From an uncultured Methanosarcinales archaeon (lineage in GTDB: Archaea; Nanobdellota; Nanobdellia; Woesearchaeales; GW2011-AR9): DNA of 64,000 nucleotides. Under the pieces are notes generated by a model, which had not been told where the DNA came from, searched no databases, and saw only the letters and a program-made list of their open reading frames with translations. Position 1 is the first letter of the stretch. Every line of letters begins with the position of its first letter. The stretch covers positions 224,705 to 288,704 of the forward strand of contig CAYFJV010000001.1 in NCBI GenBank assembly GCA_964343575.1. Direction: 5' to 3'. The position numbers and the translations under genes are program-made. Below are positions 49,062 through 58,995 of the stretch, in pieces.

Positions 49062-49292
49062 ATGGAATTTACAAAAAGAGAGAAGGTAGTACTCGGTGTT
49101 TTAGTCAGAAAAGAGCTTGAAGCAATGAAAGAAGATAGGGCAGCACTCATGCTAAGCAATGCGCCTTTTTTTGGTAAAGAAGGAAGTGACGAGAGCGATC
49201 TTGCTTTTGTCAAACAAGAACATCTCTACGAAGATTTCTTGGCAAAGCTTTTGCGAAAGCTGCACAGCAAACTCCAAGAAGGAGAAGAGTAA
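49062..49292 (+). CDS. Small hypothetical protein
   Basis: 76-aa ORF, TATA (TTTATAAA) upstream, co-oriented with pfdA. Confidence 0.65.
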   Translation: MEFTKREKVVLGVLVRKELEAMKEDRAALMLSNAPFFGKEGSDESDLAFVKQEHLYEDFLAKLLRKLHSKLQEGEE

Positions 49293-49339
49293 AAGGGGCC
49301 TGGAGAAAGGTTAGGAAAATACTGAATACTGGTGAGCAT

Positions 49340-49756
49340 ATGAATCAAGAACAACAAGCACAACTTTTAGAACTCCAACAAATGCAAGAACACATGGAAC
49401 AACTCTCTAAACAACAAGAGATGATGCAAGAGCAGCTCATGGATATTGAAATTTCTAAAAATGCAATTGTTGAGATTGGAAAAGCAAAAGTTGGTGATGA
49501 AGTCTTAACTCAACTTGCTAACGGTGTCTTTATCAAAACTGAACTTAAGGGGAATGATACTTTTGTTGTTAATGTTGGGGCAGATGCAACTGCAAGTAAA
49601 ACAGGAAAAGAGCTCATTGCTATGTATGAAGATCAGGAGAAAAGAATTATCGAGAACCTTAAACAGTTAGAAGGAGCGCTTGAACAACTAAGTTCTGTGC
49701 TCATTGAAAAGATCAGTGCTCTTGAAGGTTCTGGTGAAGAGAAAAAAGAAGAATAG
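49340..49756 (+). CDS. pfdA: Prefoldin alpha subunit
   Basis: Coiled coil - beta hairpins (GVFIK, VVNVGA) - coiled coil; directly upstream of ftsY. Confidence 0.88.
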   Translation: MNQEQQAQLLELQQMQEHMEQLSKQQEMMQEQLMDIEISKNAIVEIGKAKVGDEVLTQLANGVFIKTELKGNDTFVVNVGADATASKTGKELIAMYEDQEKRIIENLKQLEGALEQLSSVLIEKISALEGSGEEKKEE

Positions 49757-49767
49757 TTGTGATCAAA

Positions 49768-51234
49768 ATGTTTGGCAAACTCAAAGACAAACTCAAGAAA
49801 GGTTTATCCTTATTTTCTAAGAAGACTGAAGAAGAAGCTGAAGACATTCCTCAAGAAGAAGTAGAAAAGGTTCTGGAAGCTGCAAAGCAAAAGGAAGAGC
49901 AAGCAGCAAGCAAAGAAGAGAAGGTTGTTGTTGAGGATAAAAGCGAAGAGGGAGATGAGAAAGAAGCAGTCAAGGAGGAAGCAGAGTCCAAGCAAGAGAT
50001 TGTTGAGACTCCAGAGAAAGAGCTTGAGCAGGTAGAAGAGCAAGCTCCTGCCGAAGAAAAGGAAGTGGGTCCAAGTGTGCTTCCGCTCCCCGAAGTTGAA
50101 AGTGAAAAGAATGAAGATAAAGAAGCTGAGAAAAAAACAATTCACAGTGATTTAGGATTAGATCACATTAAAGCAGAGAGAGTAAAAGAAATTGAGATTA
50201 GCGAAGAACTCGTTGAGAGAGAAAAAGCTCAAATAGAAAAAGAAAAACCAGTTGTTAAGAAAAAGGAAGTTGTCCAAGAGAAAAAAGAGATCCAAAAAGA
50301 AGTAAAAAAGGTAAAGGAAGAAGTTGAGGAGACTCCTAAAAAATCTTTCTTTGGTAGAGTTCGTGAAACACTTACCACCAAAAAGATTTCTGCAGATAAG
50401 TTTGAAGAACTCTTCTGGGAGTTGGAGTTGATTCTCCTTGAGAGCAATGTTTCGGTTGAAGTTATTGAAAAGATTAAGGAAGATCTAAAAGAAGAGTTAG
50501 TAGACAAGCCACTCCCTCGAGATGTGATGGGAAAGATTCAGGAAGTGCTTGAGAACACTTTGCGTGAAATTTTAAGCATTGAACAGTATGATATTCTTGA
50601 TTTGATTGCAAAAAAGAAAGCTAATGACGAAGGAAAGCCCTTTGTGATCATGTTCTTTGGAATTAACGGAGCGGGAAAGACCACCAGCATTGCTAAGCTC
50701 ACTCATTATTTGCAAGGCAAAGAGCTGAGTGTTGTTTTAGCAGCAGGAGATACCTTTCGTGCTGCAGCAATTCAACAGCTCGAAGAACACGCAGTAAAGC
50801 TTGGCGTTAAAATGATTAAACACGACTATGGCGCAGATGCTGCAGCAGTTGCCTTTGATGCCGTACGCTTTGCTGAGAAGAATAATGTTGATGTTGTCTT
50901 AATTGATACCGCTGGTCGACTTCATAGTAACACCAACTTGATGAATGAACTTGATAAGATTAATCGTATCGCAAACCCTGATTTGAAAATTTTTGTTGGG
51001 GAGAGCATTACTGGAAATGATTGTATTGAACAGGCGCAAAAATTCAATGAGCTTGTTGATCTTGACGGAGCGATTTTAACCAAAGCAGATATTGATGAGA
51101 ATGGTGGGGCTCCACTGAGCATTGCTTATACGATTAAGAAACCAATTCTCTTTTTAGGTATGGGTCAAGAATATAAAGATCTTGAGAAGTTTGATCCAGA
51201 GTTGATTCTGAAACGGCTAGGGTTTAGTGCTTGA
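49768..51234 (+). CDS. ftsY: SRP receptor FtsY
   Basis: Acidic N-region, GINGAGKTT, DTFRAAA, DTAGR and TKAD; alternative GTG start at 49759. Confidence 0.97.
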   Translation: MFGKLKDKLKKGLSLFSKKTEEEAEDIPQEEVEKVLEAAKQKEEQAASKEEKVVVEDKSEEGDEKEAVKEEAESKQEIVETPEKELEQVEEQAPAEEKEVGPSVLPLPEVESEKNEDKEAEKKTIHSDLGLDHIKAERVKEIEISEELVEREKAQIEKEKPVVKKKEVVQEKKEIQKEVKKVKEEVEETPKKSFFGRVRETLTTKKISADKFEELFWELELILLESNVSVEVIEKIKEDLKEELVDKPLPRDVMGKIQEVLENTLREILSIEQYDILDLIAKKKANDEGKPFVIMFFGINGAGKTTSIAKLTHYLQGKELSVVLAAGDTFRAAAIQQLEEHAVKLGVKMIKHDYGADAAAVAFDAVRFAEKNNVDVVLIDTAGRLHSNTNLMNELDKINRIANPDLKIFVGESITGNDCIEQAQKFNELVDLDGAILTKADIDENGGAPLSIAYTIKKPILFLGMGQEYKDLEKFDPELILKRLGFSA

Positions 51235-51242
51235 GCCTTATT

Positions 51243-51827
51243 TCATTTCAGTTCTAAGTCAAGAATTTTTACAACCCTTGGAGAATAAAGAAAACAAACC
51301 TCTTCTCCATTCTTAGAGAGAGTGCACCCAAGTTCAAGAGGACCGATGCCCAGGTTAGGGATGATTATGGCGGTATCTTCTGTAGGTTCTTCAAAATAGA
51401 GTCCAGTGTCTTGCTCTTCTTCTGGGCAGGAGGGAACAAGCATTGCAGGAAGGTCCTCAAAGCCATGACATCTAGCGCGCCAATAAGAAGAAGAATCTGC
51501 TTCTTCTGCAACTCTGCAAGCAAGGAGATCAAGCTCTTGATAACAGCTAAAATCTATCCCACGATAATCTCTCTCCAGGGGACCTTGCCCTTGAGGCTCT
51601 GTGTAAGTAACATCTCTCACAAGACTAGCTCTTGGTGCTGTTGAACTTTGTGGCATGGGGACAGGAATTGCTTGCACTTGGATCTCGCTTTCTCTCTCTT
51701 CTTCTGCTGTCCCTGAAAAATTTCTTGATGCAGGATCCAGTCCGGTGCTAAGATCATAGTTCATCACTGCAACACCAAGAAGAGAAGAAAGAGTTGCGAT
51801 AACTGCGAGACCTGTTCTTTTAGTCAT
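51243..51827 (-). CDS. Membrane-anchored/secreted Cys-containing hypothetical protein
   Basis: N-terminal hydrophobic helix; own TATA. Confidence 0.65.
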   Translation of the reverse strand: MTKRTGLAVIATLSSLLGVAVMNYDLSTGLDPASRNFSGTAEEERESEIQVQAIPVPMPQSSTAPRASLVRDVTYTEPQGQGPLERDYRGIDFSCYQELDLLACRVAEEADSSSYWRARCHGFEDLPAMLVPSCPEEEQDTGLYFEEPTEDTAIIIPNLGIGPLELGCTLSKNGEEVCFLYSPRVVKILDLELK

Positions 51828-51880
51828 AGCCTTTCTTTTTTTCTCATTTTTTTAAAGGTTTATGAGAAGAACTATATTAT

Positions 51881-52315
51881 CTAAGGCCTATAAGTATCAC
51901 TCTCAAGTCCAGTGTCTTGATCAGTTCTTTCTGAAGAACTTCGAGGAATTAATGAACAAGGAGAAGGCATTCCAAGAGCAGATAAAAGGCCCAGAGGATC
52001 ACAAATACGTGTAGAATTTCTTGGGATATCACTACAAGAAGGAGCAGAATTGTAAGAGCAAGTAATCCAAGAAGGCTTTCCTTGTCTTGTTCCATAAGAA
52101 GGAGCTTGTAGGTTTCGATCAATCCCAATTTCTGAGGATCCAAGATGAGAAGGAGTAAAGCTATAGCCTTCTAACTCTTGAGTTTGTAAAGGGGGACTTG
52201 TTCTGGTAAGAGTCGGGTCTGCTGAATCTCTTGGACGAGGAGAAGTATCAATCCCACCCATGTACCAAGCGGCAAAGATTACACTAGCCAATCCTACAAG
52301 AGATCTTTTTCCCAT
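51881..52315 (-). CDS. Membrane-anchored/secreted Cys-containing hypothetical protein
   Basis: N-terminal hydrophobic helix; QDTGL motif shared with the neighbour. Confidence 0.6.
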   Translation of the reverse strand: MGKRSLVGLASVIFAAWYMGGIDTSPRPRDSADPTLTRTSPPLQTQELEGYSFTPSHLGSSEIGIDRNLQAPSYGTRQGKPSWITCSYNSAPSCSDIPRNSTRICDPLGLLSALGMPSPCSLIPRSSSERTDQDTGLESDTYRP

Positions 52316-52393
52316 GTCCTTTCATTTCTTTGGATACTTTAAAAAACATTACTTGACAACAGGTTTATATAAGGAATACTGTTGAGAAAGACC

Positions 52394-54151
52394 ATGGAAT
52401 TTAAGCAACTTGCGGAGCTTTACGCGCAGCTAGAAAAAACCAGTTCCGGTAATGAAATGCGAGAGATTTTAGCTGCATTTTTGAAAGAAGTAGCTGTCTC
52501 TGAAATTAGTTTGTTAAGCCACTTATGTATTGGTAAATTTGGTCCAGATTATGAAAACACCGTTCTTGGTCTAGCTGAAAAATCACTTCTCAAGGCAGTT
52601 GCAAAGGCTGCAGGTCGAAGTGATAAAGAAGTTCGTGAGCTTGCTAAGAAAAAAGGAGACCTAGGTGAGGCTGCAGCGCAAGTATTCTTGAAAAAACCAG
52701 TAACTCTTGTTCCCGTTGGAAATTTGGCTGTTGCTGAGCTGGATTCTAAGGTACGCAAGATTATAAGTATTGAAGGGAAGGGAGCACTTGCTGAGAAAGA
52801 AAAAATTGTTATGAGTATGTTTCAAAAATGTAGTTCTTTAGAGGCGAAATATTTGTCTCGGCTTTTATTGGGAACCATGCGTATTGGTGTTGCCGATATG
52901 ACTGTACTTGATGCGCTTGCTATCGCTTTTACTGGAGAGAAAAAGAATAAGAAAGAGATTGAGAAAGCCTACAACATTAATCCTGATCTTGGTGCTATCT
53001 CTGCACTTGTTGCTGAGAAGGGACTTGCGGGACTTGCTGAGGTGAAGATCGTTGTTGGACACCCAATTAAAGTAATGCTTGCACAGCGTGTCAAAAAGAT
53101 TAGTGAGATTACTGAAAAGATTCCTGGGGAAGTTGCGGTCGAAACCAAGTATGATGGCGAGCGTGTGCAGGTGCACAAGAGCAAAGAAGGGGTTGTGAAG
53201 TTGTATTCACGTCGGATGGAAGATATTACTTATCAGTATCCTGATCTTGTTGCGTATGTGCTCTCTGAGTTGAAGGGTGGAGTTAAGGATATTATCTTTG
53301 AAGGGGAAATAATTCCCTTGGGTAAGAAAGGAGAACATTTGCATTTTCAAACTCTTATGAAGCGTAAGCGTAAGACAGAGATTGAAAGGTATGCTAAAGA
53401 AATTCCAGTTGTACTTTATTGTTTTGATATTTTGTATCTTAATGGGAAGAGTTGGATGGAGAAAGATTATCCAAGTCGCTGTAAAAAGCTTGATTCAGTA
53501 TTGTCCCATGATCATCTACGTATGAGCGAGCGTATCTTTACTTCTGATATTGATAAGATTGAGGCTTTCTTTAACAATTGTATTGAAAAGGGCTATGAAG
53601 GCATTATGGCTAAATCCCAGTCTGCTGGAGATAAAGATGGAAAAGGAAAGTCCATCTATAAGGCAGGTGCTCGTGATTGGTCTTGGATCAAATGGAAAAA
53701 AGAATATATGGGAGATATCGTTGACACTTACGATTTAGTTGTTATTGGAGCATTTTATGGGAAAGGAAAACGCAGCGGGAGTTATGGGTCACTTCTTTGC
53801 GCAAGCTATAATGCAGAAGAAGATGTCTTTGAGAGTGTCTCGAAGTTGGGAACTGGTTTGACCGATAAAACACTTGCTGAGTTACCTTTGTTGCTTGATG
53901 AGCACAAGGTCGAGAAAAAACCAGCCCGGGTTGTAGTCAAAAGGGAGATGTATCCTGATGTGTGGTTTGAACCTTTTCTGGTTGTTGAAGTACTTGCTGC
54001 TGAAATCACCCGTGGGGGACTTCATTGTTGCGCTGCGATCGGGGGGAAAGGTTTGGCACTTCGTTTTCCACGTTTTATTCAGATTCGTGAAAATAAAAGT
54101 CCTGAGCAGGCAACTACTTCGGTTGAACTTGAGCAGATGTATGGGAAGTAG
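52394..54151 (+). CDS. lig: ATP-dependent DNA ligase
   Basis: KYDGERVQ, EGE, EGIMAK, WIKWK and LRFPRF motifs. Confidence 0.98.
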   Translation: MEFKQLAELYAQLEKTSSGNEMREILAAFLKEVAVSEISLLSHLCIGKFGPDYENTVLGLAEKSLLKAVAKAAGRSDKEVRELAKKKGDLGEAAAQVFLKKPVTLVPVGNLAVAELDSKVRKIISIEGKGALAEKEKIVMSMFQKCSSLEAKYLSRLLLGTMRIGVADMTVLDALAIAFTGEKKNKKEIEKAYNINPDLGAISALVAEKGLAGLAEVKIVVGHPIKVMLAQRVKKISEITEKIPGEVAVETKYDGERVQVHKSKEGVVKLYSRRMEDITYQYPDLVAYVLSELKGGVKDIIFEGEIIPLGKKGEHLHFQTLMKRKRKTEIERYAKEIPVVLYCFDILYLNGKSWMEKDYPSRCKKLDSVLSHDHLRMSERIFTSDIDKIEAFFNNCIEKGYEGIMAKSQSAGDKDGKGKSIYKAGARDWSWIKWKKEYMGDIVDTYDLVVIGAFYGKGKRSGSYGSLLCASYNAEEDVFESVSKLGTGLTDKTLAELPLLLDEHKVEKKPARVVVKREMYPDVWFEPFLVVEVLAAEITRGGLHCCAAIGGKGLALRFPRFIQIRENKSPEQATTSVELEQMYGK

Positions 54152-54203
54152 AAAAAAAAGAAAATTAATATATAATGCGGTTAGCTCAGTTACACTACAT
54201 TTC

Positions 54204-54584
54204 TTACCAAACGCAAGCTCCATTGGAGCAACCACCTTCTGTCCCATTATCATTTTCAAGACAGTTATGAGTTTGGACCATAGCTTGTTCCCCTTCATAG
54301 ACATAACCACAGGAGTATTCTACAAGTGTCTTATGATCAATGCAGTAATCTGTTACTTGATGAGTCTGCCCGTTAAGAGTCTCAACAACCATATCTCCTC
54401 TTTCTAAAAAGTTCACACCCCAATCGTTGTCAAAGCAAGATGCAACCTCTACTGGACCCCTCTGCGCTGCTAAAACGACAAAAGAGCAAAGAGCTATCAA
54501 AAGAACTGTCGCCAAGAGAAGATGTTTTTTCTCAGACATCCTCCCAAGAGTAATTCCTTTTTTTCCGAACATTTTCCATTTCAT
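54204..54584 (-). CDS. Small secreted Cys-rich protein (C.D.D.G...DYC...L.E.SC repeat)
   Basis: Signal/TM; one repeat unit shared with 54761-55867; GGAGG SD. Confidence 0.75.
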   Translation of the reverse strand: MKWKMFGKKGITLGRMSEKKHLLLATVLLIALCSFVVLAAQRGPVEVASCFDNDWGVNFLERGDMVVETLNGQTHQVTDYCIDHKTLVEYSCGYVYEGEQAMVQTHNCLENDNGTEGGCSNGACVW

Positions 54585-54686
54585 AATTTTTCCTCCGATT
54601 TAGCAGCCAATCAGAAAAGACCTGTCTTTTGAGAGGAGGCTTCTTCCCCTTTGAAAGCTGCAAATCTCAGATCACTCTTGCAGGGA

Positions 54687-54741
54687 GCTATTTAATCGCT
54701 TGGAGAAACTAAACGGAACTAAACGGAACTGAGCCGGAACT
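54687..54741 (-). promoter_or_regulatory. TATA box plus GGAAC/GTTCC box cluster C
   Basis: TTAAATA on the minus strand; GAAACT 54705 and GGAACT 54715, 54725, 54736. Confidence 0.7.
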
Positions 54742-54760
54742 TGAGAGTATTAAGAAGTAA

Positions 54761-55867
54761 CTAAGAGAAGAGATGTCTCATTAATTGGGTTATTTTCTGC
54801 CAAAAAGAAAGTTCAGGCACTTCAAGAATACAGCTATTGTTTTGGCAAATGTTTGATTGACAAGAAAGGTCATGCTCGCAAATAGCTCCACTTTCTAACT
54901 GTAAAACTAATTCCAGACTTTCTGCGCAGTAAAAACCCTGCTCCTCAACCATAACCCTAGATCCAACTGGGATGCAGCCTCCATTAACAAAACAACCATC
55001 AAGGCAAGAATGGGGGGCAAATGGAATCTCCTTGCTTGCTTCAAAGGTTTGTGAACCTAAAGCCAAAGTCACCTCTTCACCAGTTATTTCATAATCTGGA
55101 AGCTCTAACTGTTCTTCCTCCCCGAGAAGGCTTTTCCCACTTCCCTTACTCACTCCCCCACCTGCATTTTCTTCTAGAAGTAACGCGTAGTCTTCTGACA
55201 CTTCTTCTGTAGAAGAGTTCTCCCCACCCAAAAAAGTTTCATTGTAAGTTTCAGTCTCAGTTTCATTGATTTGAATTAAGCAAGCTCCAGCAGAACAACC
55301 CCAAAGACAAGAGATTTGCTTGTATTTTTCCTCTTCACAATTATACTGATAGAGGTTGAAGGCGCCATCGCAATAATCTGCAAGAAGGGAACCATTACTT
55401 AGATTGCTCTCTCCATAAAAATAATGGTCGTCCGTAGGGTCGGTATCACTACATTCTTGTACACAAGCACCATCAAAACAAGAAAGGTTCTCTCCACAAG
55501 TAAATACTCCCCAACCATAGGTGCCATTTGAACAACTAAATTCTACCAACTGGCCATCTCCCATACAATAATCTGTGCTACTGTTAGTCAAGTTACCACC
55601 CACATAAAGACTGCTTGTTCCTTGTAAGCTTAGATCTTCTCCTCCATCCGTCTCCGAGCAGAAGAGTTCTGCATCATCTTGAGGGAGATCTAATTGATAG
55701 AACTCTTCTGTGCAATAGCTAAGAAGACCTTCTTCATAACGAGTTAAGTTCTCTCCCAGAGCTAATTGTTCTACAAAGGTACAATTATATGCAGATGCCA
55801 TCAATGAAAAAAGAACTAAACAAAGAATTGTGACAAGTACAATTACTTCTTGTTTGCTTCTACTCAT
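54761..55867 (-). CDS. Secreted Cys-rich protein: two C..TD repeats, 8-Cys domain, amphipathic tail
   Basis: Signal peptide, GAGGTG SD, overlaps the regulator stop; ends SFWQKITQLMRHLFS. Confidence 0.8.
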   Translation of the reverse strand: MSRSKQEVIVLVTILCLVLFSLMASAYNCTFVEQLALGENLTRYEEGLLSYCTEEFYQLDLPQDDAELFCSETDGGEDLSLQGTSSLYVGGNLTNSSTDYCMGDGQLVEFSCSNGTYGWGVFTCGENLSCFDGACVQECSDTDPTDDHYFYGESNLSNGSLLADYCDGAFNLYQYNCEEEKYKQISCLWGCSAGACLIQINETETETYNETFLGGENSSTEEVSEDYALLLEENAGGGVSKGSGKSLLGEEEQLELPDYEITGEEVTLALGSQTFEASKEIPFAPHSCLDGCFVNGGCIPVGSRVMVEEQGFYCAESLELVLQLESGAICEHDLSCQSNICQNNSCILEVPELSFWQKITQLMRHLFS

Positions 55868-56888
55868 TTTCTCCACCTCTCTCTAAAAACCAGTTTGAAA
55901 ATTTTATCTTCCTTAACTTTCCATCCCTTATGGTCTTTACAATGTTTTTCTGCTCGAGAGTCTGTAAGTTTCTGAAAAGAGAACTCTTAGAAAGACCACT
56001 TCTATACCTTAAGGAAGTAAAAGAAAGCTCTTTTTTCTCCTCAAGAAGGGCAGTTACTATCTTCTTTTCATTCTCTCTAAGAGTCATTACAATATCATGA
56101 GCCCTTCTCCCAAGAGAGAAATGTCCTACGTCTAAGTCTTTTGAAATTTTTTTAGTGCCAAAATAGTGAGTTTTGGTTTTGCTAAACCTCCTCTTTAGAG
56201 TAAGGTAGACTTTCTGAGGTTTCAAGAATAAATAGAATAAAAAAATAAAGGATATAGAGAGTAAAGGGAGGAAGAAAGATGTTCCTCCTTCAATGACAGA
56301 GTGCTCTAATTTTAGATCCAAGAAAAGTTCTTCTCCTTGAGAAACAGTTAATTGCTCAAAGGCTAACCTATCTGATGAAAGCGCATAAACAGTGCAGCTC
56401 CCTTGCGGGACAAATTCTACTGTGAAAGAACCAAACTGGTCTGTTAATAATTCCTGCTCCTCTTGTGAATTACAATTTATTTTTACCTCGGCTCCAGAGA
56501 TTGCATTTCCCCTCTCATCTTGCACAAAACCTTGGGCACTCGCCCCAGGAGAAAGATAAATTACATGAAGAAGACTCTCTTTTGCCTTTTCAATTTCCAC
56601 CTTAGTGTAAAAATCATTTCCAGGAGTAGTTGGTTGATCAACGAATAGTTCTAGATGATTTACCCCTTCTTCTAAAAAAATCTTTAGTTTCTCTCCTTCT
56701 TCGATAAAATATCTTCTCTCATAGTCCTCTGCCTTGAGAGTTACATAAATGGAATCTAACTCTTCTAAAGTTATGCTATCAACCAAAGGGAGAACCACGT
56801 TCGCATCGGCAAAAACAAGAATAGGTAAAAAAGTACAGAAGAAAAGGGTCATCAAAACTTTTAACCATGCCACTCTTGCAGGGGACAA
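55860..56888 (-). CDS. Membrane-spanning transcription regulator 2 (beta ectodomain - TM - winged helix)
   Basis: Signal peptide, carboxypeptidase-regulatory-like G.V.D..GN.I..A...TDQFG.F, TM, then TLRENEKKIV...GLSKSSLFRNL..LE.KNIV. Start uncertain (56888, 56873 or 56852). Confidence 0.85.
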   Translation of the reverse strand: MSPARVAWLKVLMTLFFCTFLPILVFADANVVLPLVDSITLEELDSIYVTLKAEDYERRYFIEEGEKLKIFLEEGVNHLELFVDQPTTPGNDFYTKVEIEKAKESLLHVIYLSPGASAQGFVQDERGNAISGAEVKINCNSQEEQELLTDQFGSFTVEFVPQGSCTVYALSSDRLAFEQLTVSQGEELFLDLKLEHSVIEGGTSFFLPLLSISFIFLFYLFLKPQKVYLTLKRRFSKTKTHYFGTKKISKDLDVGHFSLGRRAHDIVMTLRENEKKIVTALLEEKKELSFTSLRYRSGLSKSSLFRNLQTLEQKNIVKTIRDGKLRKIKFSNWFLERGGENE

Positions 56889-56949
56889 AAAAAGGAATTA
56901 TTTATAATATCTGCTGTTTTTTAAAAAAAAAATCAGGAGGAGGGCAAAT

Positions 56950-57873
56950 TTATCGTAAAATTGTCTCTTTCTGAGGGTGAAAAAAATTTTTTAGCCACTC
57001 CAAAGTTTCAGATAGACCCTTCTTCTCTTTCACAACTTCAATGATACTTGCATCGCTGATTTCTAACTTTGCACAAACACCGCCCTGACAGGAATTACTT
57101 AAACATTCATAGTCAGAACTACAAGAAGTTTCTCCCAGTTTTTGTGTGCTAAGCGTTAAAGAACTTGAACAAAATTTTGGACTTCCTTCTATAATCCTAG
57201 ACCCAACTGGTAAACAAACCCCCTCAACAGTACAACCAGAGCAGGCTTCTTCTCTTGGTTCAGTAATCTCTAAAGATTCTTCAAAAGGTTCTTCGGCAGG
57301 AGTTGGTACAGTAACTTGTTCTTCAATGAAAGGAAGAGAATCTTCTGATTCCTTGTCTTCTTGTTCTGAAGTGCTTTTTGGAGGTGTACCTTGCTTTGGT
57401 TCAAAACCCCCACCAGTAAATGCGGTAACACTTGCTTGGTTTGGATCAAATCCGGAGGAGAAATCAACTAGTAAAGTGAAATCTTCCCCAGCGATTGTTA
57501 TTGCAAAAGGATAGTTGAGAAACTCAGTAAGATCACCAACGTAGGAAACAGAAAGATCTTGAACGGGGGCGCTAGAAAGTTGGAATGCCTGTAATTGTAA
57601 ATAGATAAAATCATCTCTTAATGTAAACTGTTCTAAAGAATAAGCCCTTAGCTCATCATCTTCTCCAAAAAAGGCCAAGGTAGTTCCAAGCGACCATTGC
57701 ACCTCTTCAAAACAGGAATCTTGGTTAACTAGTGAACCAGCTTCAGTTACATCTACATCGCAGATATCTCCTGCTAAGACGCCCACACTAGTAATACTTA
57801 TGAAGAACAAAGCTACAAGAAGGACGAAGCTTGTTCTTTCTTTCTTCCTTTGTGTTTTTGATTTATGTATCAT
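56950..57873 (-). CDS. Secreted protein with C-terminal 8-Cys domain and amphipathic tail
   Basis: ATGA overlap with the regulator 1 stop; CSGC...CLPVGSR...FC...Q...C..DYECLSNSC.GGVC. Confidence 0.8.
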   Translation of the reverse strand: MIHKSKTQRKKERTSFVLLVALFFISITSVGVLAGDICDVDVTEAGSLVNQDSCFEEVQWSLGTTLAFFGEDDELRAYSLEQFTLRDDFIYLQLQAFQLSSAPVQDLSVSYVGDLTEFLNYPFAITIAGEDFTLLVDFSSGFDPNQASVTAFTGGGFEPKQGTPPKSTSEQEDKESEDSLPFIEEQVTVPTPAEEPFEESLEITEPREEACSGCTVEGVCLPVGSRIIEGSPKFCSSSLTLSTQKLGETSCSSDYECLSNSCQGGVCAKLEISDASIIEVVKEKKGLSETLEWLKNFFHPQKETILR

Positions 57874-58901
57874 TTTTCTAAAAACCATTCAGTTAGTTGT
57901 ATTCTTTTAACTCTTCCTTCAAATCGAGTTGATATAATATTTTTTTCCTCTAAAGATTTTATGTTTCTAAACAAAGCTCCTTTTGAGATGCCTGTTTTGT
58001 AATGAATCTTTGAGAGGTGAATTGGCTCTTTTTGTTCTATAAGGAAAAGCACTATCTTTTTCTCGTTAGCCCTCAGAGTTCTTAAGATATCTTTTCCTCT
58101 TTGAGCCAAGGGTCTCTCTTGATGATTCTTTTTCTTTTCTTTATTATGTTCTGTATCTTTTAATTCCAAGCCCACTTTACTATTTTTCTTATGAGGCTTG
58201 TTCTCCTTCTCTAGCTTATTGCTTTTTTTCCTTTGGTAAAGGATAGTTCCTGCTACAATTATTCCGAAGGGCAAGAGCAAAAAGAGAGAGAGAGGGTTTT
58301 TCTCTTGAGGGATTACTCTTGTTCCTTCCAATTTTACTTCAATATTTTTTTCTTCTCCTTGCTTTGTTTCAAAGTCTACAACTCCTATCTCATTACCAAA
58401 AGCAGCAAAAACTCTGCAGTTTCCTTCAGGAACAGCTTCCAAGGAAAAAGCGCCAAATTGATCTGTTTTTTCAGGGAAGTTTAGGTCGAATGGCCCAGAG
58501 CAGGAAAAATCTAACTCTGCGCTTGCAATATTGTTCTCTAACTCATCTTTAACAAAACCTTGAAGGCTTGCCACTGGATAAAGATAGGCAAAAAGTGCTT
58601 TATGTTCTGCGCTGTTTATCTGTATTGAGAGCTCCCCGTAATAATCTGCTCCGGGAGTGTTACTTTGATCCACAAAAAGAGCAATATCTTGGTTCTTAGG
58701 ATCTACTTGGATGCCTAGCTCTTTATCTGCCTCCACATAGTACTGCGCCTGAGCACCATTTGTATCAACTTTTACAAAAACATCTGAGATTTGTTCTTTT
58801 GTAAAAGCATCAAGTAAGGTGATGCTTAGCTCAGTTTGATCCTGAGCGAGTACTAATGGAAGGCAGAAGAGGAAGACAATGATGAGCACAATTTTATTCA
58901 T
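57870..58901 (-). CDS. Membrane-spanning transcription regulator 1 (beta ectodomain - TM - winged helix)
   Basis: Paralog of 55860-56888 (LFVDQ..TPG.D.Y, QGFV.DE, TDQFG, TLRANEKKIV, GISKGALFRNI..LE.KNII, WFLE). Confidence 0.87.
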   Translation of the reverse strand: MNKIVLIIVFLFCLPLVLAQDQTELSITLLDAFTKEQISDVFVKVDTNGAQAQYYVEADKELGIQVDPKNQDIALFVDQSNTPGADYYGELSIQINSAEHKALFAYLYPVASLQGFVKDELENNIASAELDFSCSGPFDLNFPEKTDQFGAFSLEAVPEGNCRVFAAFGNEIGVVDFETKQGEEKNIEVKLEGTRVIPQEKNPLSLFLLLPFGIIVAGTILYQRKKSNKLEKENKPHKKNSKVGLELKDTEHNKEKKKNHQERPLAQRGKDILRTLRANEKKIVLFLIEQKEPIHLSKIHYKTGISKGALFRNIKSLEEKNIISTRFEGRVKRIQLTEWFLEK

Positions 58902-58995
58902 AGTTCTTCTTCTGCTTTTCTTTAACTTAATTAACTTTGCGAGTAGATTTACTCATAAATAAGCAAATTTGAGAGTCTGATAAAGCAAATGAAAT

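Noticed and set aside
54705..54741. AAACGGAACT tandem repeat as a CRISPR array or VNTR
   Set aside because: Units are 10 bp with no spacers and no cas genes; the position next to a TATA box fits an operator better.
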